The notes under the pieces: generated by a model | What the model saw: only the letters and a program-made list of their open reading frames with translations | The model's database searches: none | Told to the model about the DNA's origin: nothing | Source: a virus | Lineage: Duplodnaviria > Caudoviricetes | Strand: one strand, 5' to 3' | DNA: 64,000 bases | Virus record (IMG/VR): IMGVR_UViG_3300014204_000120 | Coordinates: 64,001 to 128,000 of that record | Shown: piece by piece, positions 39,108 through 48,567 of the stretch | How positions within the stretch are numbered: the first letter of the stretch is position 1 | How the letters are laid out: the number at the start of each line of letters is the position of its first letter | Program-made: the position numbers and the translations under genes

Positions 39108-39611
39108 ATGGATAGTAAATTAAATAATAGAATATACGAAGCTTTTCCTGAATTTTTTAAACATAAAGATAATATTCAAGTTAGTTTAATGGGTTGGGGT
39201 TGTGAATGTTCTGACGGCTGGTTTGATATTATATGGGAATTATTAACTAGTATTTATTTAACTATAGATGATAAAGACGAGTTTGAACTATTACAGATTA
39301 AAGAAAAATATGGGACCTTAAGAGTGTATTTTGATTTTGAATCTAATGAAATAAAATATAATTTACCTTATAAATTTAATCAAATAACAAAGTATAAGGT
39401 GCAAAGAGTATTTGATTATGTTAGACATTTATTAGGAATATATACAAAATATGAAATAATTAATCATAATGTAGATACTGCTGAAATATTAAGCGCACAT
39501 ACATGTGAAGTATGTGGTGATGATGGTGAAACAAGATGGGATTTAGGTTGGATAAAGACTTTATGTGACACGCATTATAAAGAAGAGTTAGCCCGAACAG
39601 GTCGGGGATAG
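39108..39611 (+). CDS. Conserved phage protein with Zn-binding tail
   Basis: ECSDGW, QIKEKYGTLR.Y, CEVCG...TLC..H; start moved to 39108. Confidence 0.7.
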   Translation: MDSKLNNRIYEAFPEFFKHKDNIQVSLMGWGCECSDGWFDIIWELLTSIYLTIDDKDEFELLQIKEKYGTLRVYFDFESNEIKYNLPYKFNQITKYKVQRVFDYVRHLLGIYTKYEIINHNVDTAEILSAHTCEVCGDDGETRWDLGWIKTLCDTHYKEELARTGRG

Positions 39612-39639
39612 TTGTAATCTTTAACAAGAGGAGGTCATA

Positions 39640-39786
39640 ATGACCCGGAAGTTGACGCCTAAGCAACAGGCAAAGAGAGATGTACGTATTCGTAAGATGT
39701 ATAGCACTGGTCATTTCAGTGTTCGTTCACTTGCGAATAGGATTGGTCTTTCAAAGACTCGGATCCATGAAATCGTTGCTTATTGA
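39640..39786 (+). CDS. 48-aa helix-turn-helix DNA-binding protein (not in ORF track)
   Basis: GAGGAGG RBS; MTRKLTPKQQAKRDVRIRKMYSTGHFSVRSLANRIGLSKTRIHEIVAY. Confidence 0.8.
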   Translation: MTRKLTPKQQAKRDVRIRKMYSTGHFSVRSLANRIGLSKTRIHEIVAY

Positions 39787-39804
39787 TTAATGGATTTATG
39801 ACTG

Positions 39805-39836
39805 AAAGTAGGGCCCTGAAAAGGGTCCTACTTTTT
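39805..39836 (+). terminator. Intrinsic terminator
   Basis: AAAGTAGGGCCCT-GAAA-AGGGTCCTACTTTTT hairpin with U tail. Confidence 0.85.
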
Positions 39837-39852
39837 AGAAAGGATTAATATT

Positions 39853-40587
39853 GTGAGCTTAAAAAAGATTAAACAAGAAGTATCATTATCAGTTAGAGAA
39901 ATTGCTGATGCTTTAGGCGCAAACAAAATTGTTCCTAATGTTATTAAACACAAATCCAAAAGTAAATTAAATTTTTATCCTTTTAATCATAAAGATTGTA
40001 TACTGATAAAAGACAATAAAGCAATTTTATCGTGTGATAGTCATTTATGCGGTTATGTAGCATTACCAGTTGATCAAGTTCCTGTTGAATGGTATGGTGA
40101 GTATAATGCAGATGCTTTACAATATTTAAATATTCATGGTGGAATAACTTTCTGTGAAGTCTATAGTAATGATATTGGTTATAAATATTTTGAAAGTAAA
40201 GCTGTTGAAGAAATTAATGGAATTCAAGAAACTGATTTTATGAAACGAATGGATTTAAGAAAAGAAATTATTCAAAAATATAATAAAGAAATTGTTAAGT
40301 TAAATGATTCATATATAGTTTTTGGATTTGACTGTAATCATTATAGAGATGAAAATAATGCGGAATTAAAAGATATTAATTATGTTATGCTATTAACGCA
40401 AGATATGGAAGATCAATTACTTACTTATTCTAAATCAATTGATATATGGCGACAAGCTAATAAAGAAGAAAAAATAAAATTAATGGATGTTATTAGAGAA
40501 AGATCTATTGTTAAAGAAGAACTTGGTTTTGGTGCAATGATTGGAATATTAGGCGGCGCTAAGGAATTTAAAAACGAAAATGAATAA
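39853..40587 (+). CDS. Conserved phage hypothetical protein
   Basis: HLCGYV, HGGITF, FGFDC.H motifs. Confidence 0.7.
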   Translation: MSLKKIKQEVSLSVREIADALGANKIVPNVIKHKSKSKLNFYPFNHKDCILIKDNKAILSCDSHLCGYVALPVDQVPVEWYGEYNADALQYLNIHGGITFCEVYSNDIGYKYFESKAVEEINGIQETDFMKRMDLRKEIIQKYNKEIVKLNDSYIVFGFDCNHYRDENNAELKDINYVMLLTQDMEDQLLTYSKSIDIWRQANKEEKIKLMDVIRERSIVKEELGFGAMIGILGGAKEFKNENE

Positions 40588-40852
40588 AAAAGAAACTAAA
40601 GAAGAATTTATTAAAATACTGTTTAAACCTTTAGTCGAACTAACCCAAATTCCAAATAAAAAATTGGCTTATAAGATCAATTATATTATTAGAAAATTAA
40701 TTGACGGAACTCTTGATTTTGTTAATGCAATGAATTATATTGATAATAATATGAAAAGTGCCAAAGAAAAGCCAGATGTAGTTATTTGGGGTAAAGTCGC
40801 GCAAATAGTTAAAAATTACTTTAATACTATTAATGCAAGGAAGGTTAAATGA
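40580..40852 (+). CDS. Hypothetical protein
   Basis: Coupled ORF. Confidence 0.55.
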   Translation: MNKKETKEEFIKILFKPLVELTQIPNKKLAYKINYIIRKLIDGTLDFVNAMNYIDNNMKSAKEKPDVVIWGKVAQIVKNYFNTINARKVK

Positions 40853-41418
40853 ATAACGTATTTGTAGACGTTGATACTTTAGTTGATTTTTTTGAAGGTG
40901 GAGCATTACCTGTACCAAATGCAAATTCAATTAAACCGGCTTTAGCAAAGATAACTAAACTTGCTAAAGACGATAAAATTCAAGTAATAAAGTTTAATGA
41001 TGAACACGATGGCAGTGAACCGGAAATGAATTGTAATGGTGGTACTTTTCCATTACATTGTATTAAAGATTCTAGTGGCGCAGCTGGTATCATTGAAACA
41101 GCTAATAAAAGAGCAATTATATTTCCTAAGCAGACATATGATGTATTTGATTCAAAATTAGGTAATAAAAAAGTCGCTTCTTGGTTAATGGAAAATCGCG
41201 TAACTGATGCTTATGTTTATGGTATAGTTGGAAATATTTGTGTAGAATCAGCTGTTATGGGGCTTATTAAGTTAGGTATAAATGTTAATGTGTTTGAAAA
41301 TGCTGTTGTTTGGATGGATTTAGAAAACGGAATTTTATGTAAAGGAATAGATAATCAATATGAATCTATGAAACGTATGAAAAAAGCAGGAGCCCATTTT
41401 GCTATAGCTAGACTTTAA
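40849..41418 (+). CDS. pncA: Nicotinamidase (isochorismatase family)
   Basis: VDVDTLVDFFEGGAL, DEH, FPLHC, K..YDVF, GIVGNICV; next to nadE. Confidence 0.85.
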   Translation: MNNVFVDVDTLVDFFEGGALPVPNANSIKPALAKITKLAKDDKIQVIKFNDEHDGSEPEMNCNGGTFPLHCIKDSSGAAGIIETANKRAIIFPKQTYDVFDSKLGNKKVASWLMENRVTDAYVYGIVGNICVESAVMGLIKLGINVNVFENAVVWMDLENGILCKGIDNQYESMKRMKKAGAHFAIARL

Positions 41419-41430
41419 AAAGGAATATAA

Positions 41431-42324
41431 ATGAAAAATTGTGAATTGGTTATAGAAACTATTCAGAATGAGTTAAAGTCTTATATTCAAAGTCATGATT
41501 TAAAGAGTTTAGTTTTAGGGGTGTCTGGTGGTATTGATTCTACATTATGTGCTGCTTTAGCTAGACCAGTATGTGATAGTTTAAATATTCCTCTTATCGG
41601 TCGAAGTATTCCTATTATTTCAAATAAACAGAACGAAATTGATAGAGCTAAGGCTATTGGTAATTTATATTGTCATAATTTTAAAGAAGTAAGTTTTAAT
41701 GCAACATTTACAGGATTACAAAATTATATATTAGAGGTTGAAGGCATACATGATAAAATATCTGATGGCAATATTAAAGCTAGACTTCGTATGATATATC
41801 TTTATAACATTGCAGGATTAAATAAAGGTATGGTTCTTAGTACAGATAATTATACAGAATATATGCTTGGTTATTGGACCATATGCGGCGATGTTGGGGA
41901 TTATGAACTGATTAAGGCTTTATGGAAAACTGATGTATATGATTTAGCAAGACATATAATGAATAATTCATTAATACAAACTAAAGATTCGTGGAAATCA
42001 GAAGCTTTAAATGCTTGTATTCATGCTACACCAACAGCAGGATTAGGAGTTACTAATAGTGATTTAGATGAACTTGGTGCTGATTCATATGAAGAAGTAG
42101 ATAAGATATTGAAAACTTGGCTAACAACAGATGCAGATTGTTTTTGTTGGGATGATTATTTATATTGGGATGGTAGACCTGAAAAATATGAAGATTTTGT
42201 AACTTATCGTCAAACATTTAAAGATCATCCTGTTGTTCAAAGGTATATTAAATCAATGTTTAAAAGAGAAATTCCTATAAGTAATTCTAGAGCTATATCT
42301 CGTTTAAGTAACATTTGGGTATAA
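41431..42324 (+). CDS. nadE: NH3-dependent NAD+ synthetase
   Basis: GVSGGIDS, NIKARLRM, TDN.TE...GY.T..GD, KTDVY, PTAGL. Confidence 0.93.
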   Translation: MKNCELVIETIQNELKSYIQSHDLKSLVLGVSGGIDSTLCAALARPVCDSLNIPLIGRSIPIISNKQNEIDRAKAIGNLYCHNFKEVSFNATFTGLQNYILEVEGIHDKISDGNIKARLRMIYLYNIAGLNKGMVLSTDNYTEYMLGYWTICGDVGDYELIKALWKTDVYDLARHIMNNSLIQTKDSWKSEALNACIHATPTAGLGVTNSDLDELGADSYEEVDKILKTWLTTDADCFCWDDYLYWDGRPEKYEDFVTYRQTFKDHPVVQRYIKSMFKREIPISNSRAISRLSNIWV

Positions 42325-42355
42325 AACGACTCATACATTAAAAATATGGCCAGAA

Positions 42356-42586
42356 ATGTTTAAAGATGTAGTTTCTGGTATTAAAACATTTGAATATCGT
42401 AAGAATGATAGAGATTATAAAGTTAATGATATATTAGAATTGTGTGAATGGGATCCTGCAACTAATGATTTTACTGATGATAGATTTTATGTTGTTGTTA
42501 CTTATATTATTAAAGGTGGAAGTTTTGGTATTCCAGAAGATTATTGTATTATGAGTATTGTACCTGAAGATGAGGATTTGGAATAA
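42356..42586 (+). CDS. DUF3850/ASCH (PUA-like) domain protein, natural start apparently damaged
   Basis: GIKTFEYRKNDRDYKVND; in-frame HTLKIWPE lies upstream of the first ATG. Confidence 0.75.
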   Translation: MFKDVVSGIKTFEYRKNDRDYKVNDILELCEWDPATNDFTDDRFYVVVTYIIKGGSFGIPEDYCIMSIVPEDEDLE

Positions 42587-42589
42587 TAA

Positions 42590-43225
42590 ATGAGAATAGG
42601 TGTATTTGGTGGGTCTTTTGATCCGCCGCATAAAACTCACTTAAATATTGTACAAGATGTATTACTTCAAGATTTAGTAGATCAAGTTATCGTTATACCT
42701 TCATATATTAGAGAAGATAAAACTAATGTTATAGGACCGGAACATAGATTAAATATGTGTAAGTTATGTTTTGGTCATATTAAAAATGTAATAGTTTCGT
42801 CTTTAGAAATTGATAACAAGTTAAATGGTAAATCACTTTCAACTTTTGAGTTTATATTAAAAGATGAAAGAATTAATAGTTTTGTTGAAAGCCGGGATAA
42901 AAACCAGTATTATAATATTGTTGGTGCAGATTGTATAAAGAACATTAAGACTTGGTGGAATTGGGAAAAGTTAATTGAAACTATTCCTTTTATAGTTTAT
43001 CAAAGACCAACTTATTCTTTTTTAAATGAAGAAGAAATTGAAATAGCTAATATGTTTAAAACTTCACATCATCAAACGGTTCAAAGTAATATTATATATG
43101 ATCATATAAGTTCAACAACTATTAGGTATAATATAATTCATAAACCAGAATATGCTAAAAATATGGTAATAGATAATGTGTGGAACTATATTATTAAACA
43201 TCAACTTTATGGAGCTAAGTTGTGA
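42590..43225 (+). CDS. nadD: Nicotinate-nucleotide adenylyltransferase
   Basis: GVFGGSFDPPHKTH, RLNMC, GAD....KTW, ISSTTIR. Confidence 0.92.
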   Translation: MRIGVFGGSFDPPHKTHLNIVQDVLLQDLVDQVIVIPSYIREDKTNVIGPEHRLNMCKLCFGHIKNVIVSSLEIDNKLNGKSLSTFEFILKDERINSFVESRDKNQYYNIVGADCIKNIKTWWNWEKLIETIPFIVYQRPTYSFLNEEEIEIANMFKTSHHQTVQSNIIYDHISSTTIRYNIIHKPEYAKNMVIDNVWNYIIKHQLYGAKL

Positions 43226-43569
43226 ACATTTTTGTATTAGAAGATGATGAGCAAAGGAAAACGGCTTTTAAAAGAAAGTTTATTGGTCATAATATTACTA
43301 TAATTGATAATATTAAAGAAGCTATTAATATATTATCAACTAATATAGCATTTGATATGATATTTTTAGATCATGATTTAGGCGGTGAAGTATATGTTAA
43401 TTCAGAAAATGAAAATACAGGTTATCAGTTAGCTAAGTGGATAAGTCAACAGAAAAAAATATTAAAAGAATCTATAATAATAGTTCATTCTTTAAATCAA
43501 GTAGGTGCGCAAAATATTAAAGCTGTATTACCTAATGCTTGGTTACAGCCGTTTGCTTGGAAAGAATAA
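43222..43569 (+). CDS. Cyclic-phosphate-processing receiver-like domain protein
   Basis: LEDD..R, FLDHDLG, TGY, VHSLN.VG. Confidence 0.7.
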   Translation: MNIFVLEDDEQRKTAFKRKFIGHNITIIDNIKEAINILSTNIAFDMIFLDHDLGGEVYVNSENENTGYQLAKWISQQKKILKESIIIVHSLNQVGAQNIKAVLPNAWLQPFAWKE

Positions 43570-43583
43570 AGAAAGGATAAGCA

Positions 43584-44822
43584 ATGATTTGGTGGGCTTT
43601 AATAATTCCTCTTGTAGCCGTAATATCTCTTTTAACAAGTAAAAAAATAGTCTTATGGGAATATTTAATACTATTTGGTATACCTAGTGTTGCTATAGTT
43701 ATAACCTATTTTATATCATTAAGTGCTAGACAAATTGATACGGAATATTGGAACGGTTATGTAAACTCTGCTATTTATTATCAATCATGGCAAACATGGG
43801 ATCGGGAAACTTGTTATAAGAATGTTAATTGTCATGAAGTTTGTACTGGGTCTGATGAAAATAAGATATGTTCTGAACATTGTGATAGAGTTGCATATGA
43901 TTGCTCTCATTGTGATAATTATCCTGAAGAATGGGAAGCTTCAGATAATTTAGGTAATGAATGGAGAATTACGTCAGCTACATACGAAACTTGGGCTAAT
44001 ATGTGGCATAATAAGGTTTTTGTAGAATTAAATAGACATATTGAGTTTAATACTGGCCTTTTTGGTGGTTGTGGTAAAGATGGTGATGCATATCGTGTAA
44101 CTTATAATAATGATACTAATAAAATTATACCTGTTGTTATAGGTAAGCATTATATTAATAAAGTTCAAACAACATATAAAGAATTAGATACATCTATTAT
44201 AAATGAATATGAATTGTTTAATTATCCAATATATGATAGATTTAATTATAATCCTGTATTAGGTATTAATGATTTTAAGGTTTCAAAAAGATTGGCTAAT
44301 TGGAACGCTATACTTGGTAAAAGCAAACAAGTTCATATGTTGCTTTTAGTATTTCATAATAAGACTATTGAGGCTGCTGAATATCAAGAAAAGTATTGGA
44401 GGGGTGGAAATAAGAATGAATTTATATTAACTGTAGGTGTTAATAAAGTATGCGAATGGGATTCTACTCTGCCAGGAATAAGTTGCGGTGATATTATACA
44501 ATGGGCCAAAGTTATATCATTTACAGATCAACGTGGGCTTAAAAGTAAAATTGAAAGTATTGTTTCTAATATGAAAAACAATATTGATTATAAAGCTATA
44601 GTTGATACAATGGCTATTAATGTGTCTAAAAGCTTTATACGTAAGGATTGGGATTATTATGATAGTATAAGTGTTCAGCCTTCTAAAACAGCCATTATTA
44701 TAACTTATATCATTACATTTATATTTACTGGTGGAATTGTTTTGTTTGTTTTATTTAATGATATAAACAGAACTGATTTTAAAGAGGAAGAAGAATGGAA
44801 ATACAAACAACTGAAACTTTAA
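43584..44822 (+). CDS. Membrane protein with Cys-rich extracytoplasmic domain
   Basis: Two N-terminal and one C-terminal hydrophobic helices; YWRGGNKNE. Confidence 0.7.
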   Translation: MIWWALIIPLVAVISLLTSKKIVLWEYLILFGIPSVAIVITYFISLSARQIDTEYWNGYVNSAIYYQSWQTWDRETCYKNVNCHEVCTGSDENKICSEHCDRVAYDCSHCDNYPEEWEASDNLGNEWRITSATYETWANMWHNKVFVELNRHIEFNTGLFGGCGKDGDAYRVTYNNDTNKIIPVVIGKHYINKVQTTYKELDTSIINEYELFNYPIYDRFNYNPVLGINDFKVSKRLANWNAILGKSKQVHMLLLVFHNKTIEAAEYQEKYWRGGNKNEFILTVGVNKVCEWDSTLPGISCGDIIQWAKVISFTDQRGLKSKIESIVSNMKNNIDYKAIVDTMAINVSKSFIRKDWDYYDSISVQPSKTAIIITYIITFIFTGGIVLFVLFNDINRTDFKEEEEWKYKQLKL

Positions 44823-45358
44823 TTAAAACTAAGTGGTTGCATTTAAAAGCAACGGAATTTTTAGATAAAGAAGGTAAATCTAACTTTTGGGTATGGGTTC
44901 AAAGGCCTAATAAACAAAAAGCTATCATGATCATACCTAAGATTGTTGATAAGGTATTAGGTGATAAGTTAGTTTTAATTAAAGAAAAACGAATTCCAAT
45001 AGGCTTTTATGATAGAAATTATTATGAATGGGGTTTCCCGGCTGGCTTAGTTAATGATAAAGAAGATATAATTGATGCTGCTAAACGTGAACTTAAAGAA
45101 GAAGTTGGATTAACCTTAAATAAAGTAATTAAAATTAGCCCGTTTGTGTATAATTCAGCCGGTTTGACAGATGAATCAATATCTATGGTATTTTGCGAAG
45201 CTATTGGTGAAATAACTAATAAAAACAATGAATCTACAGAAGATATTGAACCAGTGATATTATCTAAGCCTGAAATCAGTAAATTATTAAATGATTCAAC
45301 ACAAAAATTTGCAGCTAAGGCTTGGATAATATTAAATAACTTTGTAGAAACTATTTAA
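44795..45358 (+). CDS. Nudix hydrolase (ADP-ribose pyrophosphatase-like)
   Basis: FPAGLV....I..AA.RELKEEVG Nudix box; SAGLTDE. Confidence 0.85.
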   Translation: MEIQTTETLIKTKWLHLKATEFLDKEGKSNFWVWVQRPNKQKAIMIIPKIVDKVLGDKLVLIKEKRIPIGFYDRNYYEWGFPAGLVNDKEDIIDAAKRELKEEVGLTLNKVIKISPFVYNSAGLTDESISMVFCEAIGEITNKNNESTEDIEPVILSKPEISKLLNDSTQKFAAKAWIILNNFVETI

Positions 45359-45374
45359 ACGAAAGGAAATAGAT

Positions 45375-46265
45375 ATGGATAATAAGTATAGTTATGGATC
45401 CGTTGAATATAAACTAAACGAAGCTAAAGAAAATATAGACAAGATATTACAAGATATAGTTGAAACTAAGGCTAAATTAGCTGCTGATATTGGTCCGGCT
45501 AAACCAATTACCCCCAGTAATTGTATGGGTCTATTAAAAAGTTCATTAGAATATTATTATCCTTCTTCTTCATATTGGGGTTTTAATAAAGATAATGAAG
45601 ATCATATTAATACTTGTTGTAATAAAGCTGTTCAACATGCTAATGAGTTATTATGTCAATCAAAAACAAAACACGAGGAAAATCTTCAAAACTTAGAGTA
45701 TAATCTTAAAATAAAAACAAATTTAGTTAATATTATGAAATTAGCAGGCATATCAGAAAGATATACTACATACGAATATAAAAGTAATAGATCTAGAAGT
45801 AAAGCTGAGGTAGGTCATATTGCAGGCTATATATCTGATTTAAATAGAACGTTTGTTACTTCAGATGATTACGATGGAGTTGTTAATAGTTATAATAATT
45901 TTATTAAAAGATTAGACGAATGGAAAAATACGTTGTTGAAAAATATTGAATTTAAAAAACAAGAAACTGAAAAACAAGACCTATATATCCGTAAAATTGC
46001 TAAAGCACAAACATTAGCTGAAAAATATAATATAACTGAATATAAAACTAATGAGGAATTAATAAGTCAAGTTAATGAAGTAATGAAAAAAGAATATATT
46101 AAAGAAAATTATCCTGATGGAACATCCTTAGACATTAAATGCTGTGATAGTTGTAGTACTTGGGTTGTTGGTGAGCATAGATGTTCTTGCGGTAATAGAA
46201 GAATAGATTTGAGTACAGAAGGTGATTTCTTTGAGGGATTTAATGCTTATCCAGAAGCATATTAG
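45375..46265 (+). CDS. Hypothetical protein with C-terminal C..C..W...RC.CGNRR motif
   Basis: 296 aa ORF with RBS. Confidence 0.7.
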   Translation: MDNKYSYGSVEYKLNEAKENIDKILQDIVETKAKLAADIGPAKPITPSNCMGLLKSSLEYYYPSSSYWGFNKDNEDHINTCCNKAVQHANELLCQSKTKHEENLQNLEYNLKIKTNLVNIMKLAGISERYTTYEYKSNRSRSKAEVGHIAGYISDLNRTFVTSDDYDGVVNSYNNFIKRLDEWKNTLLKNIEFKKQETEKQDLYIRKIAKAQTLAEKYNITEYKTNEELISQVNEVMKKEYIKENYPDGTSLDIKCCDSCSTWVVGEHRCSCGNRRIDLSTEGDFFEGFNAYPEAY

Positions 46266-46271
46266 ACTCTA

Positions 46272-46301
46272 TTGACATTTTAATGAACAATGATGTATAT
46301 T
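46272..46301 (+). promoter_or_regulatory. Sigma70-type promoter TTGACA-18-TATATT
   Basis: Perfect -35; TGATGTATATT shared with promoter at 62876. Confidence 0.7.
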
Positions 46302-46323
46302 ATATCTAATGGAGTTCAATGTA

Positions 46324-46548
46324 ATGAAGTTGGTTGATTTTAAAAACAAAGATAGATTGCATGTTTATGATAGATCAATAAATTATCAACTTCAAGATAA
46401 AACAATGATATTTATGACTTTTATGATAGATTCTTTTAATACACCACCAGAACTTTCAAATTATGTTTGGAAAGTTCGAAATATATTTATGCAGATTATT
46501 TGGAAATTAAAGGATCAATTAAATGAAACTATTTCATATAAATCATAG
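46324..46548 (+). CDS. Small hypothetical protein
   Basis: First gene after promoter; GGAG RBS. Confidence 0.55.
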   Translation: MKLVDFKNKDRLHVYDRSINYQLQDKTMIFMTFMIDSFNTPPELSNYVWKVRNIFMQIIWKLKDQLNETISYKS

Positions 46549-46750
46549 AGATTTATTAAGTGTTCAAATTTATAAAACAATTCAACCAGAAAAAATTGCA
46601 CAATTAAATCATATTATTAAAGAACTTAGTTTTTCCTATTATGTTGATAATATTAGTGCAGCACAATCTATGTGGAATTTAAATAGAATTCATAATAAAG
46701 ATTTGATGTATGATGAAATAATGAGTAAATTAAATGAAAAAATTAGTTGA
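46523..46750 (+). CDS. Small hypothetical protein
   Basis: Overlapping chain of ~70 aa ORFs. Confidence 0.55.
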   Translation: MKLFHINHRDLLSVQIYKTIQPEKIAQLNHIIKELSFSYYVDNISAAQSMWNLNRIHNKDLMYDEIMSKLNEKIS

Positions 46751-46961
46751 TATAAAAGTATATGATTTTAAAAATATGTTTGATAATTATTGTGATGATA
46801 TTGATCTAAAAATTGATATACATTGTAATTCATTTGTTAATCATGGTGTATATTCTGATTTGTGGTATTTAGTTAGAAGACCTGTTCGATTTTGTATTAA
46901 AACGCATACTAGAAATTTAATTCTTTCTGAGTTGAGTGGAATATTTAATGGAATTAAATAA
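46734..46961 (+). CDS. Small hypothetical protein
   Basis: Overlapping chain of ~70 aa ORFs. Confidence 0.55.
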   Translation: MKKLVDIKVYDFKNMFDNYCDDIDLKIDIHCNSFVNHGVYSDLWYLVRRPVRFCIKTHTRNLILSELSGIFNGIK

Positions 46962-47154
46962 TATAAAAAGCGAAATAGATATGGAAATAGGACTTCTTTC
47001 TGCAAATAAAGTAGATAAAATGATGTACTCTACAATAAGTCATGAAAATTATTCAATGGCTTTTAGACTATTATTTAAAATAAATATTTTAACTCAATTA
47101 CATTTTGACCTAACAGAACAAATAAATGAACAAACAGAAAAAAATATCGTTTGA
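46948..47154 (+). CDS. Small hypothetical protein
   Basis: Overlapping chain of ~70 aa ORFs. Confidence 0.5.
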   Translation: MELNNIKSEIDMEIGLLSANKVDKMMYSTISHENYSMAFRLLFKINILTQLHFDLTEQINEQTEKNIV

Positions 47155-47389
47155 TTATACTGATAATAATAAAAATTGTTATAAAACATCTCATTGGCGA
47201 GGGTGTTGTTGTGAGTGTATTAATCATGGATTAGTACATAAGCATTGTTTTCATTCACAGAGAAAGAAAAAAGAAGGTTGTGTATGTGATAAATCTTTAA
47301 ATTTTTATGTATGTACTACGTTTGGACCGAGATTTAATTTATCAGGTAAGCATGGTTATTGTGAAATGTTTCAAAGAAGGAAAAAATAA
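47126..47389 (+). CDS. Cys/His-rich hypothetical protein
   Basis: GCCCEC..H, HC.H, C.C, HGYCE. Confidence 0.6.
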   Translation: MNKQKKISFDYTDNNKNCYKTSHWRGCCCECINHGLVHKHCFHSQRKKKEGCVCDKSLNFYVCTTFGPRFNLSGKHGYCEMFQRRKK

Positions 47390-47394
47390 TAAAC

Positions 47395-48567
47395 ATGATA
47401 ATTAATAGCCTGCTATCTCAAGACGTTTATAAACTAACAATGCTTCAATTTTTTTATTATAAATTTCGTTATACTAGTGCTAAATATCGTTTTAAATGTA
47501 GAAATAAAGGTATTAATTTATTAGATTATAAAGACGAAATATATAAAGAAATAGAATATCTTTGCACTTTAAATTATACAGATGAAGAATTAACTTATCT
47601 AGAATCTTTAGGATACTTTAAACCAGAGTTTTTAAACTATCTTAAAACATATCAATTAAGCACTGTTGATATTAATTTGGCGGAAAAAGATAAGAACTTA
47701 GATATAATGATGTATGGATTGTTAGTTGATACTTCTCCATTTGAAATATTTGTACTAAAGATTGTACACGAAATCTATACTAGAAAAGTTAATCTTTCAC
47801 TGAGTGGATTAGAATTAGACGAAGGTAGAAAAAGACTTAATAAAAAAATAAATGATTTTAAAGAATTTACTAAAAATGAAGGATATAAGCCTAATGTGAT
47901 TGATTTCGGTGGTAGAAGAGCTTTTACAACCAAGTATCATGAGTTTGTTGTTAAAACTTTAAAAGATAATGATATAATAACAGGAACAAGTGATATAGAT
48001 TTAGCTAGACGATATAATTTAATGCCTGTTGGAACTATGGCTCATGAATTTATACAAACATATCAATCTGTTGTAGATCCTTTACAAAGTCAGTCTAAAG
48101 CTTTATATGAATGGATTAACTTTTATGATGGTAAGTTGGGAATTGCTTTAAGTGATACTTTAGGCGATAAAAAGTTTTTAATGGATTTTAATTATGAGTT
48201 GGCTAATAGATATAGTGGAGTTCGACATGATTCAGGTGATCCAATTGTGTGGGGTGATATGATGTTAAAGCATTATTATAGTTTTGGTATTGATCCTAAA
48301 GAAAAGACTTTGGTATTTAGTGATGGATTAGACTTCCCAACAATGTTTAAATTAGCTAAATACTTTAAAGATAAAGTTAAGATTTCGTTTGGTATAGGAA
48401 CAAATTTAACTAATGATTTAGGTGTACCAGCACTACAAAATGTTATTAAGCAGATTGAATGTAATTGGAAACCTACAGCAAAGCTTAGTAATAACCCTGA
48501 TAAAACTATGTGTGAAGATTTTGACTATTTAGAATGTTTGAAGAAGAAATTAAATGATGAAGTTTAA
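47395..48567 (+). CDS. pncB: Nicotinate phosphoribosyltransferase
   Basis: SLLSQDVYKLTM, DFGGRR, GTMAHE, VRHDSGDP, FSDGL, FGIGTNLTND. Confidence 0.93.
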   Translation: MIINSLLSQDVYKLTMLQFFYYKFRYTSAKYRFKCRNKGINLLDYKDEIYKEIEYLCTLNYTDEELTYLESLGYFKPEFLNYLKTYQLSTVDINLAEKDKNLDIMMYGLLVDTSPFEIFVLKIVHEIYTRKVNLSLSGLELDEGRKRLNKKINDFKEFTKNEGYKPNVIDFGGRRAFTTKYHEFVVKTLKDNDIITGTSDIDLARRYNLMPVGTMAHEFIQTYQSVVDPLQSQSKALYEWINFYDGKLGIALSDTLGDKKFLMDFNYELANRYSGVRHDSGDPIVWGDMMLKHYYSFGIDPKEKTLVFSDGLDFPTMFKLAKYFKDKVKISFGIGTNLTNDLGVPALQNVIKQIECNWKPTAKLSNNPDKTMCEDFDYLECLKKKLNDEV

